This document shows, piece by piece, positions 28,448-42,437 of a DNA stretch of 64,000 nt; the stretch's first letter is position 1; each line of letters starts with the position of its first letter. Location of the stretch: positions 434,001-498,000 of the forward strand of contig NW_019028994.1 of NCBI RefSeq assembly GCF_002105155.1, in the 5' to 3' direction. A model generated the notes under the pieces. The model saw only the letters and a list, made by a program, of their open reading frames with translations. It made no database searches and was not told the origin of the DNA. Made by a program: the position numbers and the translations under genes. Source of the stretch: Lobosporangium transversale. Its lineage: Eukaryota.

Positions 28448-29385
28448 GATGAGGTTGTAGGGGTGAGGGCTCAAAAAGGATTAAAAAATATAATAATCAG
28501 TTTGAAGAAAAGGATGTAAAAGTTTGTATAATATGAATGTTTTTGGAATAAAATACGAAAATAAGGTTATACTAGACCCGTCGAAAGTCTTCCAATCCAC
28601 ATGCTTGTTGCTTCCTTTTCCTTTCTCAAGGAAAAAGGACTCTCCTGCAGGGTATGGATGTTGCACTGTTTGTAAATCATTTGAGTTTCTATTATATACA
28701 TATGCATATACAATTACACTATATATATTATGAATTCAGTTCCTTTCTAGAGCATATCGCCACACTTCTCCCTTCGGCTCTCTTTCCCACTTGACGGTTC
28801 CGTATCCTAGTCTACTTTTGTACTATTCAATACTGATCCCTAGATTCACCATGGAAGAATATGTGGAAGTGATGGGAAAGACTACAGTAATCCTAGGCTC
28901 GTTCCCATCCCTCTTCACTTTATAAAGGTGACAGGAAATTCCATTTCCTTTTTCACCCAAAGTGAAGGGACTGGGAATGAGCCTACAGTAAACCAGGAAA
29001 AATCCAGATCTCAAAAAGCCAAGTGCTCTAGACATTTGAAATGAAAAAACAATGAGGATGCAGAACCGTTTTATTTGTTTGTTTACGACAATCTAATAAA
29101 ATTATTATTATACTGTGGCCCAAAAGAAAAATGTACTCAGCCCAGTGGATGGAGAAGTTGTATAAATACATCCTTTCCTTTCCTCTTTATTTTATTTTAT
29201 TTTATTTTTTTCCTTAGCCATCAAGGACTCCCTTCATTGATCTACTATCCTTCTCCCTCCCTCAGCTCTTTAATCAGCCCCCTTCCCTCCCTCACCGGTC
29301 TTGACAGACAGATCCTAAAAAAATTCATACCCCATTATCCTTACTTCTTCCCCTTTAGATCCATACCCTTGCGTAAAGCATCACC

Positions 29386-32116
29386 ATGAAACTCACAGCC
29401 ACAATCCTTTCTGTTGTGGCAGCGGCCTCTTTGGTCTCTGCAGGCACATTCCACCCTCATAAGATCAATCCTAACGATACTATCTCCAATGGTTACATCA
29501 TTCAGTATGATGACAATGTTAACCACGCTCAGGTACAGAACTCTTTGAAGTCTCATAAGGTCGACTTCAAGGTTCGTAACCAGTACAACGTCTTCAACGG
29601 AGCCGCTGTTACTCTCAAGTCTGGTCATAAGGGTGAGGAGCTTGCCAAGTTGCCTGGTGTCAAGAACGTCTGGCCCATCACCTTGTACAGAATCCCCAAG
29701 CTCCAGAAGAGCAACATGAATAGCAATGATCCAGCGGCCGCTTCTCTTCACACTATGACTGGTGTTGACATTGTCCACAAGAAGTACAAGTTGACCGGAA
29801 AGGGTGTCAAGGTCGGTGTCATCGATACTGGTATTGATTACAAGCACCCTTCCTTTGCTGCCCCTGGCGCTAAGGAGGGATGCTTTGCTCGCTATGGCAA
29901 GAACTGCCGTGTCAAGTACGGTTGGGACTTTGTTGGTGATGATTACACTGGAGAAGATCCCAAGCCTGACTCGGATCCTCGTGATTGCGGGGGACATGGT
30001 ACTCACGTTGCTGGTATTCTCGGTGGTGGTGCTGTGGACTCCAAGACCTCTCCTAAGCCTCCTCAGCCGTTTGTTGGTGTTGCCCTGAAGTTACTTTTGG
30101 TGCCTATCGCATCTTCGGATGTAAAGGCTCTGCTGGAGATGATGTTATCCTTGCTGCCATGGAGCTGGCCTTCAGCGATGGCATGGACGTAAGTTTTAAT
30201 TCACTCTTTGTATAAGCAGTGTATGTACGTGTTTTTTTTTTTTTTTTTTTTTTTTCAATTTGCTCACAGCCTTTTATTTATTTTGTTAGGTCATCAACAT
30301 GTCACTTGGAAGTGGTTCCGCTTACAAGAACAAGCCAGTTTCTATCCTCGGTGATAAATTGATTGCTCACGGCATGGCTTTGGTTGCTGCTGCTGGCAAC
30401 GATGGTTCTGACGGAGTCTGGATGGTTTCAGATGATGGTTTGGGCGACCTTGCTAGCTCCATTGCCTCTATCGACAACATCTACGGCAATTATGATTCCG
30501 TCTCCTATGGCGGTGCGGCACACCCTTATAGTCCATCTAAGCACTACAACAAACGCATCGATCTTCCTGCCAGCGCTACTCTCGTCCCTATCTTTGAGAA
30601 GGATGGTTCGCTTTCAGATGGATGCGATCCCAACATCTACAAGAGCACTGATGTCAAGGGTAAGGTCGTCCTTGTCTTTGGTGATCTCACTCGTTGCGAG
30701 TCTGCTCGTGGTGTCAACGCCAAGGATGCCGGTGCTGCTGGTATCCTGGTCCAGACCACTCCCATCGGACTCACAGCCTTGACCGGCAATCCCGGTTTCC
30801 CCATGGGTTCGATTGAAAACAAGGCTGGTAATGACATGCTTGCTGCCTGGAAAAAGGACCCCAAGACTCGATTGGTTTGGAGCAAGAAGCCCTCCAACTT
30901 CTTGATCGAAAATGGTGGAGCTCCTTCAGTCTTCTCTTCTTTCGGTTTGGATGGAGACCTTCGCTCCAAGCCTGATTTTGCTGGTCCTGGTGGCAATATC
31001 TTGTCAACGTTTCCCCTTGCTAAGGGTGGTTATGCTATCCTCTCCGGTACCTCCATGGCCAGCCCCTACGTTGCTGGTGCTCATGCGTTGTATATTCAAG
31101 CCAAGGAATCCAAGCCCCGTGGTGATAAACTTCGTCAGATTTTTAAGAACACTGCTACTATCGTCTCCAACTTTGGCCCCAAGACCAAGGCATCTGCTGC
31201 TAAGCAGGGTGCTGGTCTCATCAATGTCTTGAGCGCCATCACTACCAAAACCTCCATCTTCCCTGACCATATTGACCTTCTTGACTCGACCCATTTCAAG
31301 AAGACTGTCAAGATTTCGATTAAGAACGAGGGAAAGCACACTGAGACCTACACACTCTCTCACATCCCTGCCGATACTTTGAACTCGTACCCCAATAAGA
31401 ACACCTTCCCTTTGGGTACCCCTGTCATTGAAGCTGCTTATGCCACTGTCAAATTCTCTGCTGACAAAGTCAATATCCCTGCTGGTAAGACTGCCAAGAT
31501 CACTTTGACATTCAAGGAGCCCAAGAAGGGCGATGCTTCAGAATTCCCACTGTACTCTGGATATGTTGTTGCGATTCCTAAGACTAAGGGCGGTGTTGCT
31601 GTTCATGTTCCATACACTGGTGTCAAGGGAGATATTGCCAAGGTTCCAATCTTTGACACCGACAGTGGTTTCCCCTTGTTGCGCGCACATCAGGCTGATG
31701 ATTCATTGGAGGAGGTTACTCCAGATTATCAATTCAATCTTACCAGCACAAAGTTGCCAGCTATTTTGACCCGTCTTGGTTCGCATACTCCTGAATTCAG
31801 CATCCGTATCTTCGATGATAAGAAGAACTTTGTTGGATATGCTCGTGCTCACAGATCCGGCCTTGTACAATTTTTTGGCTGGCTGGGACGTGATCCCACC
31901 TATAGAAATGATGGTTCTCTCTATTTCAATACCTGGATCTGGGATGGTATGTACACCAAAACCACGGATCCATCCGAGACTCCAGTGCTTCTCTCCAGAC
32001 ATGGAGTTTATAGCCTTGTTGTCGCTGCCCAGCACAAGTTGAGCAAGGGCGCCTATCCTAAGGACTTTGAAACACATGAGTTCAGCAACATTGTCATTAC
32101 GGGACAGCAGAAGTAA
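29386..32116 (+). pseudogene. Secreted subtilisin (S8, with I9 prodomain, PA and Fn3-like domains) carrying a 1-nt deletion at about 30083-30085; pseudogene or sequencing error; intron 30189-30289
   Basis: Signal peptide; triad motifs VIDTGID, HGTHVAG, SGTSMASP; oxyanion AAGND. GTTGCCCTGAAG needs one more C to read the conserved [16 protein letters not shown]. The rest of the frame is open. Confidence 0.8.
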
Positions 32117-32449
32117 AAGAGTTTTTATTCACTCAGGAGTGGAGGGGCGCCATCCTTCATCTTTATAGTGTATAATCTTCTATCATTATAACATTTCATA
32201 TCATCATGAAATAAAATAAAACAATGGAAAAATGCCGTTTTCCTTGTCCCTGCAATGCCGATCATACGTCGCACTATTAGGAGATAGACCAGTCCGGCAA
32301 TCAGTGTGGCCCCATAAAACTGGCACTTGCACTGGTCATGTTGAAGCTCTAGATAATTATTGCTACCATATCGGTTATCGCGGTATGACTTTATCCACCG
32401 TTATCTACGTCTCTTAGTGAAGCACTATCCCTTTGAGGCGTTTCCATGA

Positions 32450-32486
<37 letters not shown>

Positions 32487-33205
32487 CATAAAACCAACTC
32501 TTTTGTTACCGAGTGACTGAGAAGATAGATTATAGAGAAGAACAAAGCAGGGGTTCGTTCATTGCTACATACCAGAAGACCCAGTCTCCTGGCTCCTTAT
32601 CAATCTCTTGAAATAAGCTCGAGAGCTTGTGGGCTGGGGATTTCATTATATAACCATAGACACAAATGAACAGCTAACTTCTTAACACTCAAAATAGGTA
32701 GAACGTAACAGGTATTTCTGTTGGTAATGCAACAGCTACTATTACTACAGCAGTAACTGTAACTATCCCTACGACCGTAAGGGTTGGAGGACACATTTGT
32801 CCTGTAAAAAGTCTGCAGTAGATCAATGTAAAGATATTGGCGCCACAGCCATAAATATATTTTTCGAGTAACCTCCGAATGTATTGCAGCCAATTAGTTT
32901 ACTTGAAATGAGCCCGCCGCCACCACAATAAGCCACATAACCAATTCATTTTAGAATAGTATTAGTATATAGATGAGAAGGAGAAATTTAAATGAACCAA
33001 ACGACTGTGTCAACAAGTCGGATATTACTTCAATATTTTTTTTTCTTCTTTTTCCTTTGAAAGAAATATATACTGAAGAACAAAATTATGCAGTGCACTT
33101 TGTGATGCCAAATAATAAGAACTTTGAGATAGGAGGAAATACACGTAAAGAAGAAGGAGACTTCTAGAGGAGCAATGTCCCATAAATCAAAAGACTATGG
33201 GAAAG

Positions 33206-33238
<33 letters not shown>

Positions 33239-33546
33239 GAGAGAGAGAGGATGAAGAATAAAGAAGACAAGATCAAAGAAAAAAAAATAAAGTGAAGAAA
33301 ATAAGCACAAAAAAAAAAGAAAAAAGAAAAAAAAAGAAGAGTGAGGATCTACAAGTGCCTCTTATATATATTGCAGATTCTCGAGACTTCATGCTAAATG
33401 CGTATAAGTGGAGCGAATTGTCATTTAACCTGTATTGAATAATTGGATAGTTTACTAAAAAAAAAAAAATACGCGTCCAAGTCAAAAACTGTATTGCAGG
33501 GGGCCAGAGTTTTATTTTTTATTTTTTACTGTCCTTTGCTTTCTGT

Positions 33547-35318
33547 TTAAACATTATCAGCTCTCTTGGCGTAACGGCTATAAATCATAAAGAGACACAG
33601 AAAAAAAGCTGTACCAAAGTACATCGCTGCATTGTACCCAATCATTGCCTTGTAGTTGCCAGTATATTCCAAAATCTTGCTAGCAATAGGAAGCGTAAGT
33701 AAGCTGCCAGGCGTACTGACCAAAAAGATCATCGTCATCCCAGACCCCAAGTTAGCCAATCCTACGGTGCTGGCTGTAATCGCTACCACCGAGGTGAAGA
33801 ACCCACTCGAGAAGAAGCCATACATGATTGAAAAGCAAGCAAGCGCAGCATACGAATGTGAAAACATCCAAAGGAAACAGGATGCTCCAGTCACCATAAA
33901 TACAAAGATGGTCACGCGGATAGCTCCTAGACGATCGGCAGCGTAACCAACTGTAATAACGGCCACAGCATAGGCGGCTGACATCAAAGACAACAACTGA
34001 CCACCTTGGACATTAGGATCAAGGCCAACAACGTCCTTAGCATATGCGGGGATGTAGAGGAAAGGAACCATGCACCCAAAGCCGAAAAGAGCAGCACTCA
34101 TGATCAAAAACACAAAGCCTGGGTCCTTGAGGATTTGAAAGTTAATCATAGTCTTGTGAACTACAATAGGTGGGCCTGAGAGCTGGCGAGGTACTCGCAT
34201 CACAATCGAAGCGAATGCTGTGCAGACAAAATGGAAAATTGCATAGATGCGAAGGGTCCAACTGAGTCCAACAGCATTGATCAATGCAGGGACGACAAAG
34301 CCAAAGACAACACCCCCTGTACCGCTGCCGCAGTAGATTATGCCCATAGCAAGCGAACGGTGCTTCTTGTACCACAAAGGAGGAACAGCTGTCACAGCGA
34401 GGCTGAGGAAAGAGATACCTATGCCAAGCATGACTCCCAGGGTGAGGTATAGATGCCAAAGTTGAGTAGCCCATGAAGCAAGCAGCAAACCCAATGAGCC
34501 AATGATAGTACCCGACCAGAAGACGACCTTGTATCCAAAGCGGTTCATAAGAGGACCGGAGACGACGGCGAAACCATATTGAAAACCAGCAGCCAAGGAT
34601 TGGATAATGGCGACGCTAGAATCAGATGCTCCACGAGCTCTATAAATATCAAGGTACTGAGAGTGGAAAATACCGTAAATGTTGACAAAACCGAACGGGG
34701 CCATAATGGCCTATGTTATCCGCATAATTGCCATACATTGAGAGGTATATAGAACGAATGAATTAGGCTAACAGATGAATCCAGAGGCATGCAGTCCGTA
34801 TGCGAAGAAAAAAAAAAAAAAAAAAAGAAATTGGGGGAAAAAAGACAAATAAGAATCCTTGTTGGGAAAAAAAGACACGTCATCATCTTTTTTTTTTATT
34901 AATTAGTGACACACAATTGAATCAGACACGCCCCCCATAATCCTCACAGACGAAACACGACGGCAGTAATTTTAGGTTTTTCTTTAAGGAAAAAAAAAAA
35001 AAAAAAAAAAAAAAAAAGCATATCCTTTACCAAGAAACCGCCAAGGACAATGAGATAGCCTCGGAAGCCAGATTCCATTACAACGTCTTCGATTATTGTC
35101 AACGAATCAACAGAAGAAGGACCATCATGGTAATCATGGTCATGGTGTGTCGAGCCACAACGCTCCTCCTTATCCAGAGCAAGTTTATTGTCCTGTATCG
35201 CAGCGTTGTAGGATGAGCCCCTAGAAAAGCCCCTGTCTGTCTTTTCCTGGGTAAAGCTGGTATTGTTGTTTGTAAGGGGTTTCGCTTGGTTTGAGTCGAA
35301 TGGACTGACTTTGGTCAT
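33547..35318 (-). CDS. MCT/Mch-like MFS transporter, copy 3; exons 35318-35031, 34710-33547
   Basis: Paralog with the same exon structure; open frame. Confidence 0.9.
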
Positions 35319-36567
35319 GATGAAATCATAGAGGTACGCGAAGCGAAGGCGGAAGGGGAGAGAGAAGGAGAACAAGTAATGTGGTATATAGGTATATAAT
35401 TGATTCAAGCAGATATATAATTATATTGATGGGTATTTGAGGAAGAGAAAGTCAAAAGAAGCAAATAACCTTATCAACAAGTTGATGATAGGTCAATAGA
35501 AAACAATAAATTTAATAAAGAATAAGATCACAGATTTAGATACGAAGCGCGACCGGTATGTAGTGTCGGATAATAGGAGCCTTGAGGTCTGGAGAGTGGG
35601 GTTTTTGTGATTATAGATGTTAAAAAGCATGGAATGAACAAAGATGATCGAGAGGAGCGACGTTTCGTAAATCAAATCACAGAAAAAAGAAAAGGGTTTG
35701 GACTAGACTCACTAATGATGAAAAGAAAAAGAAAAAAGAAAGAACGAGAAACCTCTTACATATTACGAGGATATTTCTATACCAAAGTTGTGCTGTCGTG
35801 TTTGCATTGGACAATTTCGTTCCAAGGTCTGTGACAAAGATAAGGTTTCAAGTCTGTGCCACGTTCGATTAATTTCATTGGCTTCGTTTCCGCATGAACG
35901 TTTTAAACAAAAGGACAATGGAAAGCTAAAGACGTAAAGCAATGTATTGAATGAATCTTTTGCATAATCAATTATTCAAGGCATAGCCTACAGGTCAAGA
36001 TCAACACTACTTTAATGGTAAAGAGAGGATCAATAGTAATATATAGCAGTGGTAGTGATAATATAATAAAATACTAATAGCTTAAGAGATGGATGAAAGT
36101 GATGACTCGACCCCAAAATTTCCATTCAGGGCCACTTAAATTGGTCCCTACAGTCTTACTTAACCGAGTGCCCCTTTCAAGTACATGTAATTTTTTTTTT
36201 TTTAAAAAAACTGGCTTTTAAGGGATCCTAATAAGGCTTGTCGCCAGCCTGTCATTTATGTGCAATATACTAACGTTACTGACAGGGTCAACGTTTTCAA
36301 ACTTCTCCAAGCGGCATGGGTTCTGCCTATATTTGGAAGTTATCCAGTACTCTTCACCTGTGTGAAATATACTATATCTGAATGGGTAGGGTTACAACGT
36401 AGCAACCTAGAAAGGCAAACCAGATGTGCCCAGTGCTCCATCAATTTGAACGAAACTTTTGAAGGAGCTCCTTGATCCACCTTTACCCCTCATGCATTTT
36501 TTTCGATCCACATACTCTATAAATTACTTGACTCTTTTTATTTCCTTTTGTTTTGTTTTTTTTTTGT

Positions 36568-38238
36568 TTACACAGCGTCGACTTTCCTGATATAATGATT
36601 ATAAAACATCAGGATGCACAGAAACAGAGCTGCACCAAAGTACATGGCTGCATTGTATCCAATCATTCCCTTGTAGCCGCCAGTAGATCCCAACATATTG
36701 CCAGCAATAGGAAGAGTAAGTATATTGCCGGGCGTATTCACCAAGAAGATAATTGTCAATCCGGACCCCAAGTTAGCCAGTCCTATGGTATTGGCTATAA
36801 TCGCTGCCACCAAGATGAAGAATCCACCGGAGAAGAAACCGTACATGATTGAAAACCAAACAAGAGCACTATACGAATATGAGGCCATCCAAAGGAAACA
36901 AGACGCTCCAGCTGCCATTAAAATAAACGTAGTCACACGGATGACCCCTAGGCAATCAGCAGCAAAACCAATCGTGATAAGGCCTACCGCATTAGCGGCT
37001 GACATTATAGATATCAAATGGCCACCTTGGATATTGGGATCAAGGCCAACAACATCTTTAGTATATGAGGGGATATAAGTGAAAGGAACCATGTATGCGA
37101 AGCCGAAGAAGGCAGCACTAATAAGCAGGAATATGAACCCCGGGTCCTTGAGGATTTGAAGGTTGAGTACCTCCTTGGGAACGATAATGCGTGAGCCTGA
37201 GAGCTGACGAGGTGCTCGTATCACAATCGAAGCAAATGCTGTACAGACGAAATGAAGGATTGCAAAGATACGAAGGGCCCAGCGGAGTCCGACAGCATTG
37301 ATCAATGCAGGGATAATGAAGCCGAAGACAAGGCCACCAATACCAGCACCACAGAAGCATATACCCATAGCAAACGATCGATATTTATCATACCACAGAG
37401 GAAGGATCGCTGTCACAGCAAGGTTAAGGAGTGAGACACCAATGCCAAACATGGCACCCTGAGTCAGGTATAGATGCCAAAGCTGACTACCCCATGAAGC
37501 AAGTAGCAAACCTAATGAGCCGATGATGCTACCTGACCAGAGGACAACCTTGTATCCAAAGCGGTTCATAAGAGGACCAGAGATGATAGTGAAACCAAAC
37601 TGGAAACCAACAGCCAAGGATCCGACAAGGGAGACATCAGAAGTAGATGCTCCTTGAGCGCCATAGATATCATCATATTGAGACTGGAAGATACCATAGA
37701 TTGAAACATAGCCGATAGCAACCATAATGGTCTATGATATTTGTGTAATTGTCCAACGATGAGAGAGTGAAAAGAATGAGTTGAGAAGAATTTCCTAACC
37801 AACGGTGTTATTCCATTGACAGACTTGCATAAGAACTCTTTTTTAGTTTTTGATTGGAAGAGCGTGATTTTTTTTTTTTTATAACTATTAAGCATTGAAA
37901 CATCACCCCATAAAAACAAATCAAAGAGAAAAAAACATGTCACTTACCAGGAAACCCCCAAAGACAACAAGGTAGCCTCGAGAACCGGACTCCATTACAG
38001 CTCCTTCTTCAAATGTCGACGTTGTATCGACAGATGTAGAACGATTGTGGTAGCCGTGGTCATGGCATGTGGCGCCATAACGCTCATTCTTGTCCAGAAT
38101 AAAATTATTGGCCTGCATTGCAGACACGTAGGATGGTCGTCTAGATGAAGCCTTGTCCGGCTTTTCCTGAACAAAGCTGATATTGTTGGTTGTAGGCATT
38201 TTCTCCTTGGTTGGATGGAGTGGACTGACCCTGGCCAT
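36568..38238 (-). CDS. MCT/Mch-like MFS transporter, copy 4; exons 38238-37948, 37731-36568
   Basis: Paralog; exon 2 protein is almost identical to copy 2. Confidence 0.9.
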
Positions 38239-39685
38239 GATGAGAATGCAACAGTGTGGAGGGGAGATCAAGGGATGAGATGTGTAATCAATTCGATCAG
38301 GTAATTAGATAGAAAGAAAGGATATATACATTTTTTTTTTTCTTTTTTCTTTTTTCTGTTTCATGACTCCAAAAAAAAAAAAAAAAAAAGTTTCTTGAGG
38401 GAAGAAAAGTAAAACGACCTTGTGAACAAGTTACGGATGCTTCAATATCTTTTTTTTTTTTTTTTTTTTTTTTCTTTCTTCAATGGGAACAGCAAACATT
38501 TAATAGGTTGAGTTTTATTTATTTATTTATTTATTTATTTAATCCACAAAGGTATATAGTTAAGCTGGTGCTATGAAGGAGGAAGGGAGATGGCTAGTAG
38601 ACTAGGATTAAGAATCAAGTTTCCAAAGAGTCCAAAACGTGTACCAGTAAAGCAAAATCTCATGAAATCTGTTCAAATGTTTAAACTGGTGAATCGAACC
38701 CTGGTCTAAGAACTGGAACCTCATTCAGGGCCACTGAGCAGCCCCTTTAAAGAGACTTCTGGCAATCCCACTGGAGCTTTTATTTTTTTTTTATATTCTA
38801 TTTTGTTATTTGTTTCCTTGCTGGTTATGTTCATTCTTAATCCCTTTATTGAACCTATTGACTCGTTGAGTCCATTGCTCATTCTTATTTGTAAAATGGA
38901 TCAGGCAAAACGAAGAGAGTCATCAATTCGATTTTTGATAATTTCAAAACAAGGAAAAGAAACAAGAATATGAAAGATGACTGACGCTCTATTCGTAAAT
39001 CTCCCAATATTCCTGCAAGTAATACATTAATTTACTGATGTCCATACTAAACAGAGTCGCAGAAGATCACAAAGATGACCACTGCATTCAAAAGAGTACA
39101 ATAGACGAACCAAGAAGCATCTAGAATGAAGATTTGGATAAGATGAAAAATTTTGACTGGCCTAGTCAATGCTTAAAAGAAAGGCTTATTTTCTAGCCTT
39201 TTAAAGTGCAATTGTCGCTTATCATGAGAGGGGATTCTAGTGGTCCTGCTTCTGCTCTGGCGAACAATAGTTGCAGACTTTTTTTTTGTTTTGTTTTTGT
39301 TATTGTTATTTTTGTTGGTACTATTGGCTTTAATTCGGTATAGCACTTGTTAAATGGAGTGGTGGAATGAAGGTTGTCATTCAGCTTGATTTCGTGTGGT
39401 AAGTAATTTCATTCGAAGAGGTTACATTTTATTTTTGTATCTGATCAGATACCGAACCATTCCCATCCAACTAGGAAAAAAGAAAGAAAGATTAAAGAAA
39501 TGGATGTGAAATACAGCACTTATCTTTTATTCGCTCATTTTTATCAAGTAAAGAGCTTTGAGGCTTCTGTCAAAGTACGCTTACTGAGGGTGCCGTGCTT
39601 GGATATAGAGAGTTGCACAAGGCAAGGAAAGAGGCCGTAAGCGCTATATTCAAGATCTCCGGAGGTCTTTAGTGACTGAGATGAT

Positions 39686-39717
<32 letters not shown>

Positions 39718-39832
39718 CACGGAAGCAGGCACTGCATTTCTAGGTTGAATGTCTATTATTGCTCTTTTATTATATAGTATTGCTGTCATTATTGATATAG
39801 GTCTAAATAATCCATGTCTTTTTTCTCTTTCT

Positions 39833-42376
39833 TTATGATTTCTGTGAGATGAGTCCTTTGAGCATGTCAAAACTATTGCCATCCGGTTGAAGATGATATT
39901 CCTTCTCTCCCGGGATATCCCTCCCTTGATCATCCACCTTCACTGTCCTCAAGAGTCCAAAATCCAAAGTGATGCCCTTGATCCGTACCCGCTTATGAGG
40001 ACTCAATGTCGTCAACGTCACAATCGCATCCGAATGTAACCATCGCTTGTAATACATCTCTTCAAACTGTTGGAACCCTCCTTGTCCATTCCTTCCTAAA
40101 AACTGTTTGTAGAGTTGTTCAAATTTGACCAACACCTGTGCTAACACTGTTTCTTGTGAAAGGAGTGCCAGATCCTTGCCTGTGATCTTATTGTGGTATC
40201 GAATGAGATGATTGATGGACGTCGTTGGGTTCGGATTCGTAGTATTAACCCCACATCCTTACCACAATCAGAGATTTGGTATAAAGCAAAGGAAAAAAAA
40301 TGTCAGCTAGAGTTGCTTGACTTTGATCTTACTCATCTGTTTTTCAATGAGGTATCCATAAGGATTTTTTCTTCTGCTTCTTCTTTTTGACCCCTTACCA
40401 ATGACAAGTAGGAATTCAGAGCCATTAAAGTTTGAATTAACAAGAATACCACCGATCTTGATCATTTTAGGTCTTCCTCCTCCGGTTGCTGCAAAAGATT
40501 GGGAGTAGATCTGGGAGGGGTGCTCCAACGGTGCTTCAGCATAAATATCGTTAGGCCATTTTAGCCTTAGTGGTAGATCCTCGTATCCTGGCATCGAGCA
40601 TACCCCCTCCACCACAGCTAATGCCATCAGATATTGTATAAATACAGCCGATGCATTTTGACCAGCTTGAACAGGATGTCGTAGAGTCAGAGAGAATTGT
40701 AAACATCCAGGTGGAGATATCCATGAATTTCGTCCGCGTCCCCGTCCTGACACTTGGATTGTTGCATTGCATACAAACCCATCTGGAAGTTCTTGACAGA
40801 GGGAAAAGTTCTTGTCAAGCATCGTCTGTGTTGATGTAACCACTTGGCCGTACATTAGACTGTTCCCAAACGTGTATTCATTGTCTCTGCTGCTGAATGG
40901 GCTTCTCTGTGAATAATGACCCATTTGTGTCTCAGTCTCATTGATCTGTTGCCGAACCTGTCGCAAGTGCCTAAAATAGCGACCCATGTCGAATTCTGGC
41001 GTCAAAGCTGTAGGGGGTGGTTCATCAGGACAGAGAACAATGTTCTTTGTGATCTTTTCCTCTGCTTCGCCTTCTTCCGTCTCAATAGTAGTCAGGGTAT
41101 GCACTGGGACTGGATGGTGGGGCGATGGTACCAATTGAAATGTATCATTGGCCTCCTGGATCTGACCTTCTGCATTAGCAAGTCTGGAGAGTATCCTTGA
41201 AAGCTCTGCAGTGTAGGACGGGTCTATCGAAGTAAGGTAAAGTGATGTGATAGCAGGGACACCACTCTGGCACATCCCAGATGGTAGTGCTGACCCATTC
41301 GGTGCTGATGTTACTGTCGTTATGTTTGTTGGCTCTGGCTGAGACACTTTTAGTCCCATCTTGGCCAAAACACTCCTCAGAAAGATCCGCCGTTCATGCT
41401 CTCTTTCCATGAGCCGTGTTACTACATTAGGCTGAGGCCCATAATCTGGGTTCCGAGGATCTAGGCGAGAAGCGTCATATTCAGGGTGAACTCCTGTCAA
41501 GACAGCCAAACCCTGACCAACTTGACATGCTACCATAGCAGCCTTGGGTGTTGTGGAATGATGATCGATCTGTCCCTGCTCACTTTGGTACCACGCTAGG
41601 ATCTGCGTTCCTGGACATTTGTCTGCATCCACAAAATAACCTCCTCCGTTGAAGTACACCTTGACCTCTTCAAACCCAAGCTGGTCCTGAGCAAACACTT
41701 CCTTGTTGAGCCAAATGCTGACTGCATTGGCTCCCTTTTCAGATTCATAGACGAATCCTGGATAAACTGCGCCCCTACATTCCCCAGGGAAGAATTTTAG
41801 TTCCCTAGCTCCTTCAACATGTAAAGGTGAACCCGACTCGAATGTGATACGATCAGCTCCATAGTAAGCGCCTGCACAGATCCCAAAAAACCTTCCGCCT
41901 GAATGAACATAATTCCGAATCCTCTTGTTGATAGGTCCACTAAGATCTCGGACAAAGGGAAGATCTCGCCCTCCGGGGATGACTAATAACGAAGTGGATT
42001 CTTCCCAAGGTTCAGTCTCCAGTCCCTGAGCATCGATCTTCATGACATCGTAGTGCTGTCCGACGAGATAGCGTAGATTGTGGACAGTATGGGTGAGAGA
42101 GGTTCTTGAGACTCCATCACCAGAGTAAACGAGGATGTTCATGGGACTGAAGGGAACGTGGGTTGAGAAGTCAAAGATGGGCCGTTGTTGCTGTGGTTGT
42201 AGTGATGATGACCAAGAAGAGGAAAAAGGCGATGTTGAAGGTGATGTAAAGTGAAGTGGAGAGAAACAGACCAAGGGAGATGGGCCACTGAGTAGAGATG
42301 GTGATGAATATGAACGCAGGTGAGAAGGAAGGAATGAGCGAATGAGGGTCGTAGAAATGATCTTGTTCGAGTTCAT
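39833..42376 (-). CDS. BPL1: Biotin-protein ligase (holocarboxylase synthetase); exons 42376-40399, 40257-39833
   Basis: N-terminal BPL_N/GATase-like domain (MNILVYSG, IPGGRDLP, GICAGAYY, GVHPEY). Catalytic motifs TSTQTML, QVSGRGRGRNSWISPPG, LKWPNDIY, KIGGIL. C-terminus LQPDGNSFDMLKGLI. Confidence 0.96.
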
Positions 42377-42377
42377 G

Positions 42378-42437
42378 AAGTCAGGTCCAAGTCCAAGTTC
42401 GAGTCAAGCCAAGTCAAGTTCAAGTCAAGTTCAAGTC
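42378..42437. repeat. Degenerate 5-6 bp tandem repeat (CAAGT/TCAAGT) in the BPL1 5' leader
   Basis: aagtcaggtccaagtccaagttcgagtcaagccaagtcaagttcaagtcaagttcaagtc directly abuts the upstream ATG. Confidence 0.75.

Noticed and set aside
38691..38700. B-box-like GGTTCGATTC (minus), and GGTTCAAGTC at about 50045, as tRNA genes
   Set aside because: No cloverleaf or A-box context could be built around either site.
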